From Candidatus Moraniibacteriota bacterium (lineage in GTDB: Bacteria; Patescibacteriota; Minisyncoccia; Moranbacterales; UBA1568): a stretch of DNA of 56,536 bases. This document shows, in pieces, positions 56,054 to 56,536 of this stretch; the first letter of the stretch is position 1, and each line of letters starts with the position of its first letter. The position numbers and the translations under genes were made by a program. The notes under the pieces were generated by a model. The model searched no databases and was not told the DNA's origin. It was given only the letters and a program-made list of their open reading frames with translations. The stretch is taken from NCBI GenBank assembly GCA_037441965.1, contig JBBIRD010000005.1, forward strand, positions 1 through 56,536, given 5' to 3'.

Positions 56054-56536
56054 CTAATTACCTGGTGGAGCGATTTCTCTCCATGATGATTGAGTACACG
56101 CTTGCGTATTACATGATTCTTGGTTACTGTAAGGATTACAATTAAATCCTATACAACTTATGGTTTTATTGCCTCCTCCACAAAATTTTGAACAAGTAGA
56201 CCCAGTAGTATCACATGATGGAGTACAAGTGAGGTTCACTGTGACGGTATCAACAGCGAATTGCTTAGTTATGTTATTCGTACATTTAACCTTATAATCT
56301 TGTGAGAATTCAGCTTTTGCGTCAAATGTACCATTTTTACCAGATATTAATCCAAACGCTCCACCAATTCCCTCACAAGAATCAGCATTCATAGATTCCC
56401 ATTTCAGTGTGAGATTATCTCCTTTTTTAAGAGGAGTTCCTGAAGTAGGTGTAATTGGATGCTCTCCGTTGATGGTAAGTGTTACGGTAGGATCAGGAAT
56501 CAGATTACAACGTAATCTATTCCAACTGTATCTAGT
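56054..56536 (-). CDS. Cys-rich secreted or surface protein, C-terminal part (ORF open to the right edge)
   Basis: The frame stays open upstream of the track's ATG (...RCNLIPDPTVTLTINGEHPITPTSGTPLKKGDNLTLKWESMNADSCEG...); the last 112 aa contain 14 Cys. Confidence 0.6.
   Translation of the reverse strand, partial: TRYSWNRLRCNLIPDPTVTLTINGEHPITPTSGTPLKKGDNLTLKWESMNADSCEGIGGAFGLISGKNGTFDAKAEFSQDYKVKCTNNITKQFAVDTVTVNLTCTPSCDTTGSTCSKFCGGGNKTISCIGFNCNPYSNQESCNTQACTQSSWREIAPPGN

Overview
AT-rich, very gene-dense bacterial segment read with the standard code: TGA terminates trxB, a GT1 gene and one island gene, and all housekeeping ORFs are intact. Several traits suggest a Patescibacteria/CPR-like genome, by inference only. 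These are the 16S 5' end at the left edge, small r-protein genes with Lys-rich extensions, an RpoA without a C-terminal domain, many envelope glycosyltransferases, small acidic orphan proteins, and tRNAs without encoded CCA. Core blocks: argS; rplM-rpsI; infA-rpmJ-rpsM-rpsK-rpsD-rpoA-rplQ; uppS plus a polyprenyl synthase; tRNA-Glu/Trp/Thr/Tyr/Thr with rpmG; rpsB-tsf; rpmE-prfA-prmC; a WecA-like transferase and rmuC; two GT39 and two GT1 glycosyltransferases; ftsQ-holB; mreB-murA; trxB; murD. Accessory blocks: (i) 6016-12529 is a visibly more AT-rich, translationally coupled nine-gene minus-strand operon wedged between argS and the rplM-rpsI operon. It holds two SPPY-type DNA methyltransferases, a protein with a ferredoxin-type Cys motif plus a PD-ExK motif, a Cas4/RecB-like nuclease, an HNH/Walker-A chimera and four orphans. 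It is my best candidate for an undescribed or atypical defence system. (ii) 35517-41750 is an operon with a VirD4/TraG-like coupling ATPase, a 982-aa LysM membrane protein and two small acidic proteins. I add several genes missing from the ORF track: rpmJ, rpmG, a 49-aa Lys-rich protein and five tRNAs. All domain calls come from motif reading by eye; no searches were run.
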